Source of the DNA: a virus
Taxonomy: Duplodnaviria; Caudoviricetes
DNA length: 52,563 nt
Reading direction: 5' to 3' (one strand)
Virus record (IMG/VR): IMGVR_UViG_3300020183_004978
Location: 1-52,563 of that record
Position numbers and translations under genes: made by a program. The notes beneath the pieces were generated by a model, which saw only the letters and a program-made list of their open reading frames with translations, ran no database searches and was not told where the DNA came from. Position 1 is the first letter of the stretch, and each line of letters opens with the position of its first letter. Positions 1-9,570 of this stretch are shown piece after piece.

Positions 1-3000
1 TTTTTTCTCTTTTCCTATATATTTGTCTCTCTTCTATATCTGGGGGCACCAATTGATCGTCTACTATGTAAAAACAGTTTGCTTCGTCATTGTAAGCGAG
101 TCTAAGTAAGTTGTAGTTTCCTAAATATTTGCACAAATCTGAGAGTAAGTTATCTATAAAAGGTTTAAAATAAACAGAATTAGTTCCATCGTTTTTACAA
201 AATCTTTTTATAGTGTTGAGTAAATAATCTACTTCTATTAAAATATTCATTACTTTTCCTCGATATACGTCTTTACCAGTAGATCCGTCCTCTATAAAAT
301 TTGGTATACCGCGACTGAGGGCGTCGTTATCCTTCGGCTTAAATAACGGTTCGTTTTTAAATGAATCATCTAATACCGTCTTAGAAAAAAGCTCTTTAAA
401 TTTTTCGCCTTCTCTATCACCAGAATAGGGTATTATAAAATTAAAGGGGTTTGTAGTTAAGTGATTTAGACACGTTAGACAGAAGTTAGTATTTGGATTG
501 TAATCTACGTAGAAAAAAGGACGCTTGTTTTGCGCTTTTTCTTTCTTAGAATCGTACATGAGACACATGTGATTCATAAGCATCAATAGGGTCCCCAATT
601 TTATATATACCGGTCTTTCTAGCGTTATGCCTTGGGAAAACTCTTGACTTATTTGATAAGGTGCGATATACGACTTTAACAAAGTTCTGTGATCAACAAT
701 TTTATTTTCCAAACCTTTCACTCCAGTAGAATCCTTCAAAGTTACGTGGTTGTTGGACATTATACTGGCATTGAAGCCGTATTTCATGTAAAACTCTAGT
801 ATTTGATCGTCTGTTAAATTTAGCTTATCCATTCCATTTCCATAATTCTCTATGTCGGATAAACTATTGCTAATTATTTTACCATAAAACTCAGAGTATA
901 AGCCAGGTTGATCAAATATGCTTTTTGCGAGTTTTCCTTCATCTTCTAAAAAATCTATTTCTACTACTTGTTCGTTACTTTGATTGACTTTATTTAGGGA
1001 ATATATTTGAATAGTTCTTAGAGCCGTTTCTATAGAAGATGGATACTTTCCAGCTTCCTCTTTTTGAGCCACCAAAATATCTATTTTTGGGAGACTGTCT
1101 TGTATCTTTTTTATTTCTGCGTTTAATGTTTCTTTTTCTGCTTCTTCTTTTGATTTTATATCTTGAGCACTTTGATCTTTTTCTAAAAACTCTTTAGAGA
1201 TCTGATCATTTTTATTTATTACGTCTATTTTTTCTATAAAGTCGCTATCTGATATCAATATTACAAAGTCTATATTATTTACAGTTTTTCTCAATAATAA
1301 AATAGGATAATACCTCGTACTTTCTTCTCTATCTAAGTAATTAGTGCTATCATTGTCGGTGATAGATGAAATACTAAAATCTTTTTTTAAATCTATCTTA
1401 TCCATCTTAAATCTAGTTTCCGTTTCAACAAGTTTGCTAAGTAAGGATACACCTGCAGAACCTAGACCTGTATTGTTATACACTGCGTTATTACTATCAT
1501 TACTAGTTAGCACATCGTACACTAATTGCCTATAAATCCCCCTAACGATATTATTTTTGGTTGTTATACTTTCATTGCCAGTCAATTCACTAACTTTTTC
1601 AAAAATCGCATCTTTTATATCTACTCCTATGTTTGTAAAAAAAGTGCCATCAAGCAACGCTGTTTGTTGTGGGGATTTTATAGCTATAGTGATAGTCCTT
1701 TTAAGGGAAGATTTAGTTTTCACTAAACCCAAGCTTCTAGTTTCTTTTGAGTAAGAGAATATACTATCGTCAAAAGATTTTCTATACGATACATTATAAA
1801 AATCGTACTCTGTTCTAAATAAACCTTTAACGCGTGTTTCTAAAAAACCCTCATTGGCTATATCTCCCCCTATTTGAGCACTCGTAAAATCGGGTCCTAG
1901 TTTAGAAAAAGCATCCTTAGACGGAAGAAATTGTTTAAACGCTGCAGTATTTAAAGTTACTTGGCCTATAGCCGTGTCCTCTTTTAATATAACACCAAAT
2001 TTTCTAATAGCCCAACTTTTATCGCCTTCATACACTATGTCTGCAACGCTTTCGTCGTATAATCTTTTGGTTGAATTGGAGGGCGTATACAAAAAATTAG
2101 ATAGCGTGTAGGGTTTTACACCTTGTGGTAAAAACTTATTTCTCTCGTCTATTTTTTTCTGATATATTTCATTTATTGATAATGTTTTATTCTGCTCTTC
2201 TTCTGCGCGCTTTTTCTCTTCTTCTAATTGTTTGAGCCTCTCGTTTTTTTGGCTTGTCTGCGCATCTACTTGTTGTTTTCTCTTTTCGTTTTCTCTTTCT
2301 ACTAATTTTTTTATTTGATCTTGTATGAGTTCGTTAAACACCGTTGGTCTAGCTATGTTTAAAGACTCGGCTATAGCTCCAAGACCTATTAATTTAATAG
2401 AGCAATCGTAGCTACCGTCTTCTTTTCTTGAAAAACTAAAATTGGTTACCATACCCAGTATTCCATCGTAGTTTCCGTAAGATTTTTTACGATTTAGAGA
2501 TATTTGGTAATTTATTTTTTCTTTACTTAGGTTTTGAGAGAAAGCGTCTATCATTAAGTCTTCCGTAGATTTCAATTTCATCTCTCCTACTCCAACATTG
2601 GGTTTGCTTTCGTAATAATACGTGTGACCCCACTCCAAAAGCATCGTATAACCCAATTTAAAATACAACGCGTCTACTACGTCTAATTGGAATTTATTGA
2701 ACACCTTAAAGTTTACTGTGGCAGATTTTACAGATCCCATCCTGCCCATTGTTTCTATGTTGACACTAGTTATACCGGGCATGGGTTGGTAACCATAATT
2801 GTTGACTTCCTCTTCTCCCAACATTGCGTAAGCGCCTTGATCAATCCCCGAACGAAGCTGCTGAGAAAAAAGGGTGTCTGTTTTCTGATATTTAGAAGTG
2901 CCCGCAAATAACACAAAGTTTTTGGCAAGTGAATTTACGTCCGTGCTAAAATTAAAGCTTATCCCTCCCCCTACTTGTGCATTTACAAATAACGTCTCTC

Positions 3001-3211
3001 CTTTCATGAATCTAGAAAAATACCTGTTATCATCTTCAGAAACTTGTACTGATGATACTACTCTTACCCAAGCTGTCTTGTTAGCTAAAAACTGTAACTC
3101 TTGAACGTCTCTTTTTCCTTCTTGAGACCCCTTTTGAGATCTTACATTAAATTGTTCCACAAGCCACTGGGGTATGGGTACTCCTACTATATTAGATATC
3201 TTATTATCCAT
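1..3211 (-). CDS. Large baseplate hub-like structural protein, >1070 aa, runs off the window start
   Basis: Not in the ORF track. Manual translation from ATG at 3211 gives MDNKISNIVGVPIPQWL...KTAWVRVVSSV...PMPGITSVNIET...YFKLGYTMLLEWGH, and the same frame is open at the window edge (...FYIVDDQLVPPDIEERQIYRKREK). It abuts the stop of 3212..3520. Function inferred from position after tape measure and LysM-like genes. Confidence 0.7.
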   Translation of the reverse strand, partial: MDNKISNIVGVPIPQWLVEQFNVRSQKGSQEGKRDVQELQFLANKTAWVRVVSSVQVSEDDNRYFSRFMKGETLFVNAQVGGGISFNFSTDVNSLAKNFVLFAGTSKYQKTDTLFSQQLRSGIDQGAYAMLGEEEVNNYGYQPMPGITSVNIETMGRMGSVKSATVNFKVFNKFQLDVVDALYFKLGYTMLLEWGHTYYYESKPNVGVGEMKLKSTEDLMIDAFSQNLSKEKINYQISLNRKKSYGNYDGILGMVTNFSFSRKEDGSYDCSIKLIGLGAIAESLNIARPTVFNELIQDQIKKLVERENEKRKQQVDAQTSQKNERLKQLEEEKKRAEEEQNKTLSINEIYQKKIDERNKFLPQGVKPYTLSNFLYTPSNSTKRLYDESVADIVYEGDKSWAIRKFGVILKEDTAIGQVTLNTAAFKQFLPSKDAFSKLGPDFTSAQIGGDIANEGFLETRVKGLFRTEYDFYNVSYRKSFDDSIFSYSKETRSLGLVKTKSSLKRTITIAIKSPQQTALLDGTFFTNIGVDIKDAIFEKVSELTGNESITTKNNIVRGIYRQLVYDVLTSNDSNNAVYNNTGLGSAGVSLLSKLVETETRFKMDKIDLKKDFSISSITDNDSTNYLDREESTRYYPILLLRKTVNNIDFVILISDSDFIEKIDVINKNDQISKEFLEKDQSAQDIKSKEEAEKETLNAEIKKIQDSLPKIDILVAQKEEAGKYPSSIETALRTIQIYSLNKVNQSNEQVVEIDFLEDEGKLAKSIFDQPGLYSEFYGKIISNSLSDIENYGNGMDKLNLTDDQILEFYMKYGFNASIMSNNHVTLKDSTGVKGLENKIVDHRTLLKSYIAPYQISQEFSQGITLERPVYIKLGTLLMLMNHMCLMYDSKKEKAQNKRPFFYVDYNPNTNFCLTCLNHLTTNPFNFIIPYSGDREGEKFKELFSKTVLDDSFKNEPLFKPKDNDALSRGIPNFIEDGSTGKDVYRGKVMNILIEVDYLLNTIKRFCKNDGTNSVYFKPFIDNLLSDLCKYLGNYNLLRLAYNDEANCFYIVDDQLVPPDIEERQIYRKREK

Positions 3212-3520
3212 CTATCTATTTACGTTAACGGATTTGTAGTTATTTATAACTCCAGATATGTTCGCAGGAATCCTTATTTGGGCGCCTATGGGAGGGTATA
3301 TTGAATCTCCCGGTAAACTATTGGCAGAAGCTATGAAAACCCAAAGCCCGTCGTCATTGTAAAAATCCAAAGCGTACAAATCCAACCTATCTCCCATGGT
3401 GCTAATCAAGTAGATATCGTTTTCGGAATACTCAATGTCTGGGTACACGTTGTTCACGTAATACCTGGGTTCTGTTGGAGAGTTTTTGGTGATGTTTGTA
3501 TTTTCGTATCTGTTGTACAT
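3212..3520 (-). CDS. LysM/tail-X-like baseplate protein
   Basis: GDRLDLYALDFYNDDGLWVFIASAN...GAQIRIP matches the LysM-like pattern of baseplate proteins in contractile tails. Confidence 0.75.
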   Translation of the reverse strand: MYNRYENTNITKNSPTEPRYYVNNVYPDIEYSENDIYLISTMGDRLDLYALDFYNDDGLWVFIASANSLPGDSIYPPIGAQIRIPANISGVINNYKSVNVNR

Positions 3521-3549
3521 ACTATACCTATGAAGTAAAAGTTCTAATT

Positions 3550-5391
3550 TTAAAAACCTAGTTCAGTCTCAAAAGCGTTAATTTTACGAGGAGGCTTGTA
3601 TTTTTGTAACCGCAGATTCAGAACCTCTGACAGAGGCCTCTGATCGTTTTGAAAATTCGCATTGATCTCTTCATCAGAAGCTTGTATTTGTTCAGCTTGA
3701 TTCTGAAATGGTTTTATTTTAACGGTGTTATCAAACACTTCTCCTTTTATAAAATTTGTGTCGTCGTTTACTATGAACGGCACATTCATATCTTCATACT
3801 GACTTCCTTGTTTCGTGAAACCGTCTTTATCTAACACTGAAGTGTACTTTTCTCTTCTGGGTAAGAACTCGTGTATCGCTTTAAAAGAACACTGTACGTT
3901 AATAACGTGAGGAAGCTGTCTAAGATTTCCAAATACTTTCCCTCCTTTAAAGTTGAGTACTTCCCAAGGAACGTTATCGTCTACGGTGATACTTATATTT
4001 TCTATGAAACCCGGTAACCTATAAAAATAATCACCGATTGTTAATCTCATAAGTGGAGCTCTCATTATGCCGATAGTGGAATAATCAGGATACACTTGAG
4101 AGATAAGATAGTTTAATTTTTGATAGAGTGGTTCTTGCTCCTTATCCGTTTGAGGAGCTATCTTGAAAGAAAAACCTATTTGTCTGTTCGCCCCCTGATA
4201 CGTGTAAAACTCCTCTCCCCTCCCCAAGTATTTGTAAGGAGTTATGGTAGCATTGTGAGTATCGCTCATGCCACTCAAGAACGCTCTAAAAAACACAGCG
4301 CTTGCGTTTTGCGTGTTATCGTTGTCGACAGCTTCAAAAACGAATTTAATTATATCTTCAGGGTAAAAACCGTCTTTTTTTATATCAAAAGGAGTTGAAT
4401 CTTTAGCATCATAATATATTATGGGATTCATATTCATTTTGTCAACCCTAGAATCGTAAGCTTCACTTTTGTTGCCTGGATCTCCAATATTGTAATAAGA
4501 ACTTCTACCTGAAACTTTGAAAGTCTGTATCCCGTCTTTAATCGTAGATAGTTGGTCGGCTGCGTCATCTATTTCTTTGTAGTTTCTCTTAACTAACGCA
4601 CTATATTTGCTGCTATTTGGACCTTTTGCTATATTGTTGACAGCGTTTTCGGTGTTAACGTAGCGCCTTATAGTAGTATTTCCCACACCGTACACTGAAT
4701 CGGGGCCCCCAAAATACTGAAACAGGTTTTGCGGTCCCAGCGCTATTCCCAAAAGAGCTGCCTGGTTCCTAGAATCCATGTCTGGATTGTTAGAAAGCTT
4801 TATCTGTTTGAGCGCTATCAACCTGTTAGATTTGTATCCGTTGTCTGTATCTAAATTCTGTTGATTGACGGTATCGTAATACATCTTTTGTAGGGGGTTG
4901 AAGGGTATCGCGCCGTGTCTAACTCCGTGTATACCTGTACCCTGAACTCCAACTTGCGCTAGCGTGTTGATTCCTTTGTTGTAAAACCTAGTGTTTTCCA
5001 ATAGAATTCCCCCGTTTTCTAGTCTAGAAAAGAGGTTGGGCAAAACAGCATCTGTTTCTATTTTTGGGTTGCTGAGTTGCAATCCTATTTGTTTTAGGAT
5101 AAAAATCGGGCCCCTCGGCTTGTCTTCGAGGAACTTTTTTATCCTCTCTTTGTCTATCTGACTGGACCTTGTGAAAGTTAGCGTTCTGGGATCTACGTCT
5201 ATAGTACCTCCCCTAAGTGGAAAATCTGGATTGGTGCGATTGCTCAAGTAAAAATCTGTGATACTTTGAGGTATGCTATCGTTCTTTTCAAAGCTCTTCG
5301 TGTATCCTATAGGAAAAAGTATATAGGGTTCGTTATTAGGATCGAACTTGAGAGACTTGAGATCGGTTTTTAACTTGAGTAGTTTCGACAT
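3550..5391 (-). CDS. Baseplate/tail tube initiator-like structural protein
   Basis: C-terminal half (FRAFLSGMSD..YLGRGEEFYTYQG..RQIGFSFKI..APLMRLTIGDY..PGFI) resembles a tube-fold initiator; lies between tape measure and LysM gene. Confidence 0.6.
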   Translation of the reverse strand: MSKLLKLKTDLKSLKFDPNNEPYILFPIGYTKSFEKNDSIPQSITDFYLSNRTNPDFPLRGGTIDVDPRTLTFTRSSQIDKERIKKFLEDKPRGPIFILKQIGLQLSNPKIETDAVLPNLFSRLENGGILLENTRFYNKGINTLAQVGVQGTGIHGVRHGAIPFNPLQKMYYDTVNQQNLDTDNGYKSNRLIALKQIKLSNNPDMDSRNQAALLGIALGPQNLFQYFGGPDSVYGVGNTTIRRYVNTENAVNNIAKGPNSSKYSALVKRNYKEIDDAADQLSTIKDGIQTFKVSGRSSYYNIGDPGNKSEAYDSRVDKMNMNPIIYYDAKDSTPFDIKKDGFYPEDIIKFVFEAVDNDNTQNASAVFFRAFLSGMSDTHNATITPYKYLGRGEEFYTYQGANRQIGFSFKIAPQTDKEQEPLYQKLNYLISQVYPDYSTIGIMRAPLMRLTIGDYFYRLPGFIENISITVDDNVPWEVLNFKGGKVFGNLRQLPHVINVQCSFKAIHEFLPRREKYTSVLDKDGFTKQGSQYEDMNVPFIVNDDTNFIKGEVFDNTVKIKPFQNQAEQIQASDEEINANFQNDQRPLSEVLNLRLQKYKPPRKINAFETELGF

Positions 5392-5393
5392 CT

Positions 5394-7526
5394 TTACGTG
5401 TTTAGAGACATTTGTCCAAAAGTCCTATCAAAACCCAATAACGGATTATTTTTTACGTTTGTGTAGTTAGATTTAGCAGCTACTTGTCCGTCTAAGTTTA
5501 AGCTAGATTGAATAATTACCGGACGATCGCTTATGGCCCTTACTACAGAAGTTATAGCTCTTTGAAGAGATTCTTCATTTATCGATGGAATCATAGAAGA
5601 CGGGTTTTTGGTAAAAAGAGAGTAGTCCAATCTGTCTGGTTCTACCATTCTGCCTCCTGGATATATTATAGCGTCGCCTACTTTTTTCATAAGTCTAGGC
5701 TTTGCTGATTCTTCGCTTCCTTTTTCTTCTGAGGAAGTCGCTTTTTCTTTTACAGTGAGATACTTGTTTAATCCCTCGTCTAAACTTTGCGTAAAACTTG
5801 CTATTCCCCCTCTCAATTCTTGCATTCTTGCAACTATATTTCCTTTACCAAAAAAGTCTGCTACGCCTTGTATGCCTGCCAAAGCTACGTCAGACACAGT
5901 AGCTAAAAAGCCTACGAATTTTGAAATAACGTTCTTAATTTTTTCTACCAAACCCCTCATGGCATCGGGGTCTGTTAATTGTTTTACAAAACTTCTTATT
6001 TTATCCAAAAGTTCTGTTCTAGTTAAAAAGTCTACCAGACTTTGTTTGATTTTCTCCACAGACGCCGCCAAGTCTTCTTGCATGCTTTGGTTGATCATGT
6101 TCTCAACCTGTTCTTGTCCTATTTTTTTTATAAGATCGTCTTTTAGTTGGTTGTTTTCTCTTGACAATTTTACTTGAGCCATCAATTGCTCTTTTGTTGC
6201 GAAGCCAGTTTTTACCAAGACTTCTTGTTGTTTCAAGAAATCAGCCATTTGATCTATGCTCATTTCAAAAGTGTCAGCGTAAACTTGTTGCTCTATCCTA
6301 TTTAATTTTAAAAATTGAGTAGCGTTTCCTGCGTACTTCGTTATTTCTGCTGCAGCTCCAACCAAATCGTTATTTAAAAAAGCCTCTCTCGCTTTGTTTA
6401 AGTTTATGTCTTTTCCAAGTATAAGCTGTGCTTCGAACTCTTTAGATATGCTTTTTTCGAAGTCCAACATACCGTCTCCTATAGTTTGTAAAGATTTTAA
6501 TTCAAAACCCAAAGCTTTTACAGAAATCAAGCTTTTTGCCAATTGCCCTGGATATTTAGTAAACATCAAACCCAAGATGCCTGATTGACTGGCAGCTTCT
6601 TTAAGTATAGACTGATAGTTGAAAGATATTCCAGTTGCTTCTTTTAAATCGGACACCTGTCCTACAACACTACCCGCTATGGATTTCATACTCATTCCAG
6701 TAGCTACAGAAGACATATATATCTGCTCCCTAGTTTTAGCTTCTAATCCAGCAAATTTAGAAAGCGCTATATTTGCTTTTAGATTTTCCTCTGAAACTTT
6801 TACGTTTAAACCGCTTGCTGTGTTTAATTCTACTTGACTTTCAAGTAAAGATTTCGATGTGATGTAAGATTCGTTGGAGTTAAACGCGATTTGGGCGAAC
6901 TTATCGTTTAATTTTGTAGCCTCTGTAGCTGAGAGTCCTATTTGTCTACCAGCTTTAATTATTCTATCTTCGGTGCCAATCAATAAATCTAATATAGACG
7001 CCCAACTTTTAACAAGACCAGAAAGCAAACCTCCGAATATGGGTATCATTTCTATGTATTCGGTTACGTGTCCCGTCATACTAGTAAAAAAATCAGAAGA
7101 ATCTTTACTTAAGTTTTTTATGTATTTTCCTCCTTTTATAAAACCCCCCGCTAATTTATCTCCCACAGCGCCAGCTAGTTTGACTATGCCCCCTATAGCT
7201 AGTCCGATTGGACCAAGCTTTGTTAACGCAGTATTTGCAAGATTACTTATTTTTCCAATTACTGTACCCAAAGTAAGCTTACTTATGGAACTAGCTAAAT
7301 TGCTTGTCATAGAACCCAACTTCTTAAGATCTGATCCCATTACGCGAAAACCATCTTTGCTAGATCTTATAGAATTGGCGACGGTTTTGGTTATATCCAC
7401 TACACCTTGTAAAACCTTCTTGGATTCGCCACCTAATTTTTTAAGCGAGTCTTTTGCCTTACCCAAAAGATCGTTAACGTCTTTTGCATCGTTAGATCCG
7501 TCTCCTTGTGAATTGTTATCTGCCAT
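5394..7526 (-). CDS. Tail tape measure protein
   Basis: 710 aa, helical A/G/K/L/S-rich composition, directly downstream of tube and chaperone genes. Confidence 0.7.
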   Translation of the reverse strand: MADNNSQGDGSNDAKDVNDLLGKAKDSLKKLGGESKKVLQGVVDITKTVANSIRSSKDGFRVMGSDLKKLGSMTSNLASSISKLTLGTVIGKISNLANTALTKLGPIGLAIGGIVKLAGAVGDKLAGGFIKGGKYIKNLSKDSSDFFTSMTGHVTEYIEMIPIFGGLLSGLVKSWASILDLLIGTEDRIIKAGRQIGLSATEATKLNDKFAQIAFNSNESYITSKSLLESQVELNTASGLNVKVSEENLKANIALSKFAGLEAKTREQIYMSSVATGMSMKSIAGSVVGQVSDLKEATGISFNYQSILKEAASQSGILGLMFTKYPGQLAKSLISVKALGFELKSLQTIGDGMLDFEKSISKEFEAQLILGKDINLNKAREAFLNNDLVGAAAEITKYAGNATQFLKLNRIEQQVYADTFEMSIDQMADFLKQQEVLVKTGFATKEQLMAQVKLSRENNQLKDDLIKKIGQEQVENMINQSMQEDLAASVEKIKQSLVDFLTRTELLDKIRSFVKQLTDPDAMRGLVEKIKNVISKFVGFLATVSDVALAGIQGVADFFGKGNIVARMQELRGGIASFTQSLDEGLNKYLTVKEKATSSEEKGSEESAKPRLMKKVGDAIIYPGGRMVEPDRLDYSLFTKNPSSMIPSINEESLQRAITSVVRAISDRPVIIQSSLNLDGQVAAKSNYTNVKNNPLLGFDRTFGQMSLNT

Positions 7527-7531
7527 ATAGA

Positions 7532-7539
7532 ATAAATAT
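7532..7539 (-). promoter_or_regulatory. ATATTTAT putative late promoter motif (tape measure)
   Basis: 5 nt upstream of ATG; one of 13 intergenic copies found. Confidence 0.65.
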
Positions 7540-7806
7540 CTATGGCTTGATTTTTACTTTGCTTACGTAAGATGGAGCTTGTTCTTTTGGAAGTAAGTGA
7601 TCTGGAACGTTTATTTTTTTTATTTTATTGGGATCGGTGTTTTCTGTGATAACATTGTTTTGCGCGTCTCTTTCTTCTTTTATCTTTTTGATGTGTTCGC
7701 TTATGCTCTTGAGAAAAAAGCGTCGAGTTATGACGGGCATGTCCCACACCTGTTCGTAAGGAAACCCTCCCTGGCCAAAGTACGCCAGTTCCCAGACCTC
7801 CGTCAT
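7540..7806 (-). CDS. Tail assembly chaperone, second part (probable frameshift extension of the upstream ORF)
   Basis: Frame stays open upstream through the TTTTTTCCCGGG tract at the end of 7823..8581; position matches lambda gpT-type chaperones. Confidence 0.6.
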   Translation of the reverse strand: MTEVWELAYFGQGGFPYEQVWDMPVITRRFFLKSISEHIKKIKEERDAQNNVITENTDPNKIKKINVPDHLLPKEQAPSYVSKVKIKP

Positions 7807-7822
7807 AAAGTCTATCCTGTAA

Positions 7823-8581
7823 TCAGATCCCGGGAAAAAAGAATTCGGCAGTCATCGGGAGCTCCATGGTTACCTCCTCTCCCTCTTTGGTCGTAAAAGT
7901 TACGTTGGTGTCTATGTCTGGACTGATGCTGTTAATGTACTTTCTGAGCTCCAAAGAATCCTTGGAAATCAAGTAACCTCCGTCGATGAAGTCCCTAACG
8001 GCTTTCGTCGAATACTCTCCGTTCACAGAAGTGATTTGGTGTTTGAGCTTCATCGAAAACCTACCGGGTTCGACTCCAGTGGCCTTCTTAACCCCCTTGA
8101 TCTCCTCGTCTATCTTCTTGTCGTCCGCAACTGTGAGCAATTTGAAAGTCACGACGTTCTTGCTGTGGGGCAGCTCGAACTCAAACTCGTTCTTACCTTC
8201 GAACTTGCTCAAATCGACTTTTTTGTGGTCGAGTTGACCCAAATCGTACTGTATGGTTTCTTCCACGCCAGATTCTGAAGATTTATAAGAGAACGAGTAC
8301 TCGCTACCGTAAGCAAGTATCCTGGCAGCTATCAGGAGCGCATTACGATCTCCTATGAGCAGCTCTTCTTGCTTTATAGGAGAAACTATTAAAGACTTTA
8401 ACATCACCTCCAATGCGATACCCTGACGCAGTAGGTTCACATTAGTGATGATATCTTCCTCCCTCGCGGTCATGTACTTCATCTCTACGGTACCCTTTGC
8501 AAGCTCGCTACCTTCTGGGTACGCTTTACCCTGTGAAGGGAGCTCTATAATTTCTGTCGGAACTTTGAATTTTTCTGGCAT
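7823..8581 (-). CDS. T4 gp26-like baseplate hub assembly / tail assembly chaperone
   Basis: IELPSQG..MTAREEDI..LLIGDRNALLIAARILAYG..ELP.SK..VTFKLLT..ending FFFP. Confidence 0.7.
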   Translation of the reverse strand: MPEKFKVPTEIIELPSQGKAYPEGSELAKGTVEMKYMTAREEDIITNVNLLRQGIALEVMLKSLIVSPIKQEELLIGDRNALLIAARILAYGSEYSFSYKSSESGVEETIQYDLGQLDHKKVDLSKFEGKNEFEFELPHSKNVVTFKLLTVADDKKIDEEIKGVKKATGVEPGRFSMKLKHQITSVNGEYSTKAVRDFIDGGYLISKDSLELRKYINSISPDIDTNVTFTTKEGEEVTMELPMTAEFFFPGI

Positions 8582-8592
8582 AATCTTTTTCT

Positions 8593-8600
8593 ATAAATAT
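8593..8600 (-). promoter_or_regulatory. ATATTTAT putative late promoter motif (tail chaperone)
   Basis: Between terminator and ATG. Confidence 0.65.
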
Positions 8601-8621
8601 GGGAATATTGATTTTTAGAGC

Positions 8622-8648
8622 AAAAAAAACCTCCCAAAAAGGGAGGTT
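8622..8648 (-). terminator. Rho-independent terminator after the tail tube gene
   Basis: AACCTCCC-TTTTT-GGGAGGTT followed by a T run on the minus strand. Confidence 0.85.
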
Positions 8649-8674
8649 GCGAAATTTAATATTAAACGATCGAA

Positions 8675-9163
8675 CTAGAAGTTCAAAATACAGTAATCCA
8701 TTCCGATGCTCAGCGTCAGTTCGACAGCTTCAGAAGTGGCGAAGTCCAAGTTACCGAAAGTGGCCTCCTTGATGAAAGCACCCTTGATGATCCACTCGGA
8801 AACTACGTCACCGACGGGACCGAAGAGCTCGAGGCTGAGGTCCTTCTTGTACATGTCGGAGTAACCGTCGCGACCTGTGACGGACTCGTGGTGCAGGCGA
8901 ACCCACTCCATGACGGCCTGTTGGCCTGAGGGGGAGATCGGAGCGTAAAGCGCTAGGGCCATGTCCCTCCATTCCGCCTTGCCTTTGATCTTCCTGTAAA
9001 CGTTCATGTGGTCGAGCTTGATCTCATTGAGGGTAACGCCAGGAGCGTCCGCCTTCTTTATGAGGTACGAAGGTACACCCTCGATGTTCATGACGAACCT
9101 ATTGGTCTGCAGGGGTTCGAAGGCAGTGAACATTATTTCGTTGGCGTTAAGTATCCTTGGCAT
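8675..9163 (-). CDS. gp19: Tail tube protein (gp19-like)
   Basis: FEP..NRF..KGKAEW..QAVMEW..YKKD..GPVGDVVSEW.IKGAF pattern; follows the sheath gene. Confidence 0.85.
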   Translation of the reverse strand: MPRILNANEIMFTAFEPLQTNRFVMNIEGVPSYLIKKADAPGVTLNEIKLDHMNVYRKIKGKAEWRDMALALYAPISPSGQQAVMEWVRLHHESVTGRDGYSDMYKKDLSLELFGPVGDVVSEWIIKGAFIKEATFGNLDFATSEAVELTLSIGMDYCILNF

Positions 9164-9184
9164 CTTTCTTCAGTTTTATTTGGT

Positions 9185-9192
9185 ATAAATAT
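9185..9192 (-). promoter_or_regulatory. ATATTTAT putative late promoter motif (tail tube)
   Basis: Intergenic, upstream of ATG 9163. Confidence 0.65.
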
Positions 9193-9194
9193 TC

Positions 9195-9554
9195 TTAACT
9201 GGGTTTTTTATCGTCTTCCGTACTGGTGTAAACTCCAGTGATACCACCTATGTTAGCCTTCTCTTTCTTTATCATGTTAGCGAGAACTTTAGCTCCACCA
9301 GTGATACCAAGTGCTGTGGCTATCATTCCCAAAGTTTCCATGTCAACGGAAGCGAGCATGTCCATCAGGTTTTCGTTCACAACGGGTTCTTCGTGCTTAC
9401 CGTAACCCTCTTCTTTTGGGTGATCCATGCCTTCTTCTTTGGGTTTCATACCCTTTTCGTAGTTTTCTCTGAGAGCGATCCTCTTCTGAATTGCCTCGTA
9501 GAGGTGCTTGGGTACCTTTACCTTGACTATAGTGTTGTCAGTTATCTTCTTCAT
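9195..9554 (-). CDS. Hypothetical protein, possibly an internal head protein
   Basis: Intact 119 aa ORF with an A-rich leader; LRE and VNE motifs. Confidence 0.55.
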   Translation of the reverse strand: MKKITDNTIVKVKVPKHLYEAIQKRIALRENYEKGMKPKEEGMDHPKEEGYGKHEEPVVNENLMDMLASVDMETLGMIATALGITGGAKVLANMIKKEKANIGGITGVYTSTEDDKKPS

Positions 9555-9570
9555 TTGTGTTTTTTATTTT

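Noticed and set aside
1344-7530. Assorted short + strand ORFs
   Set aside because: Antisense to long minus-strand structural genes; no recognisable motifs
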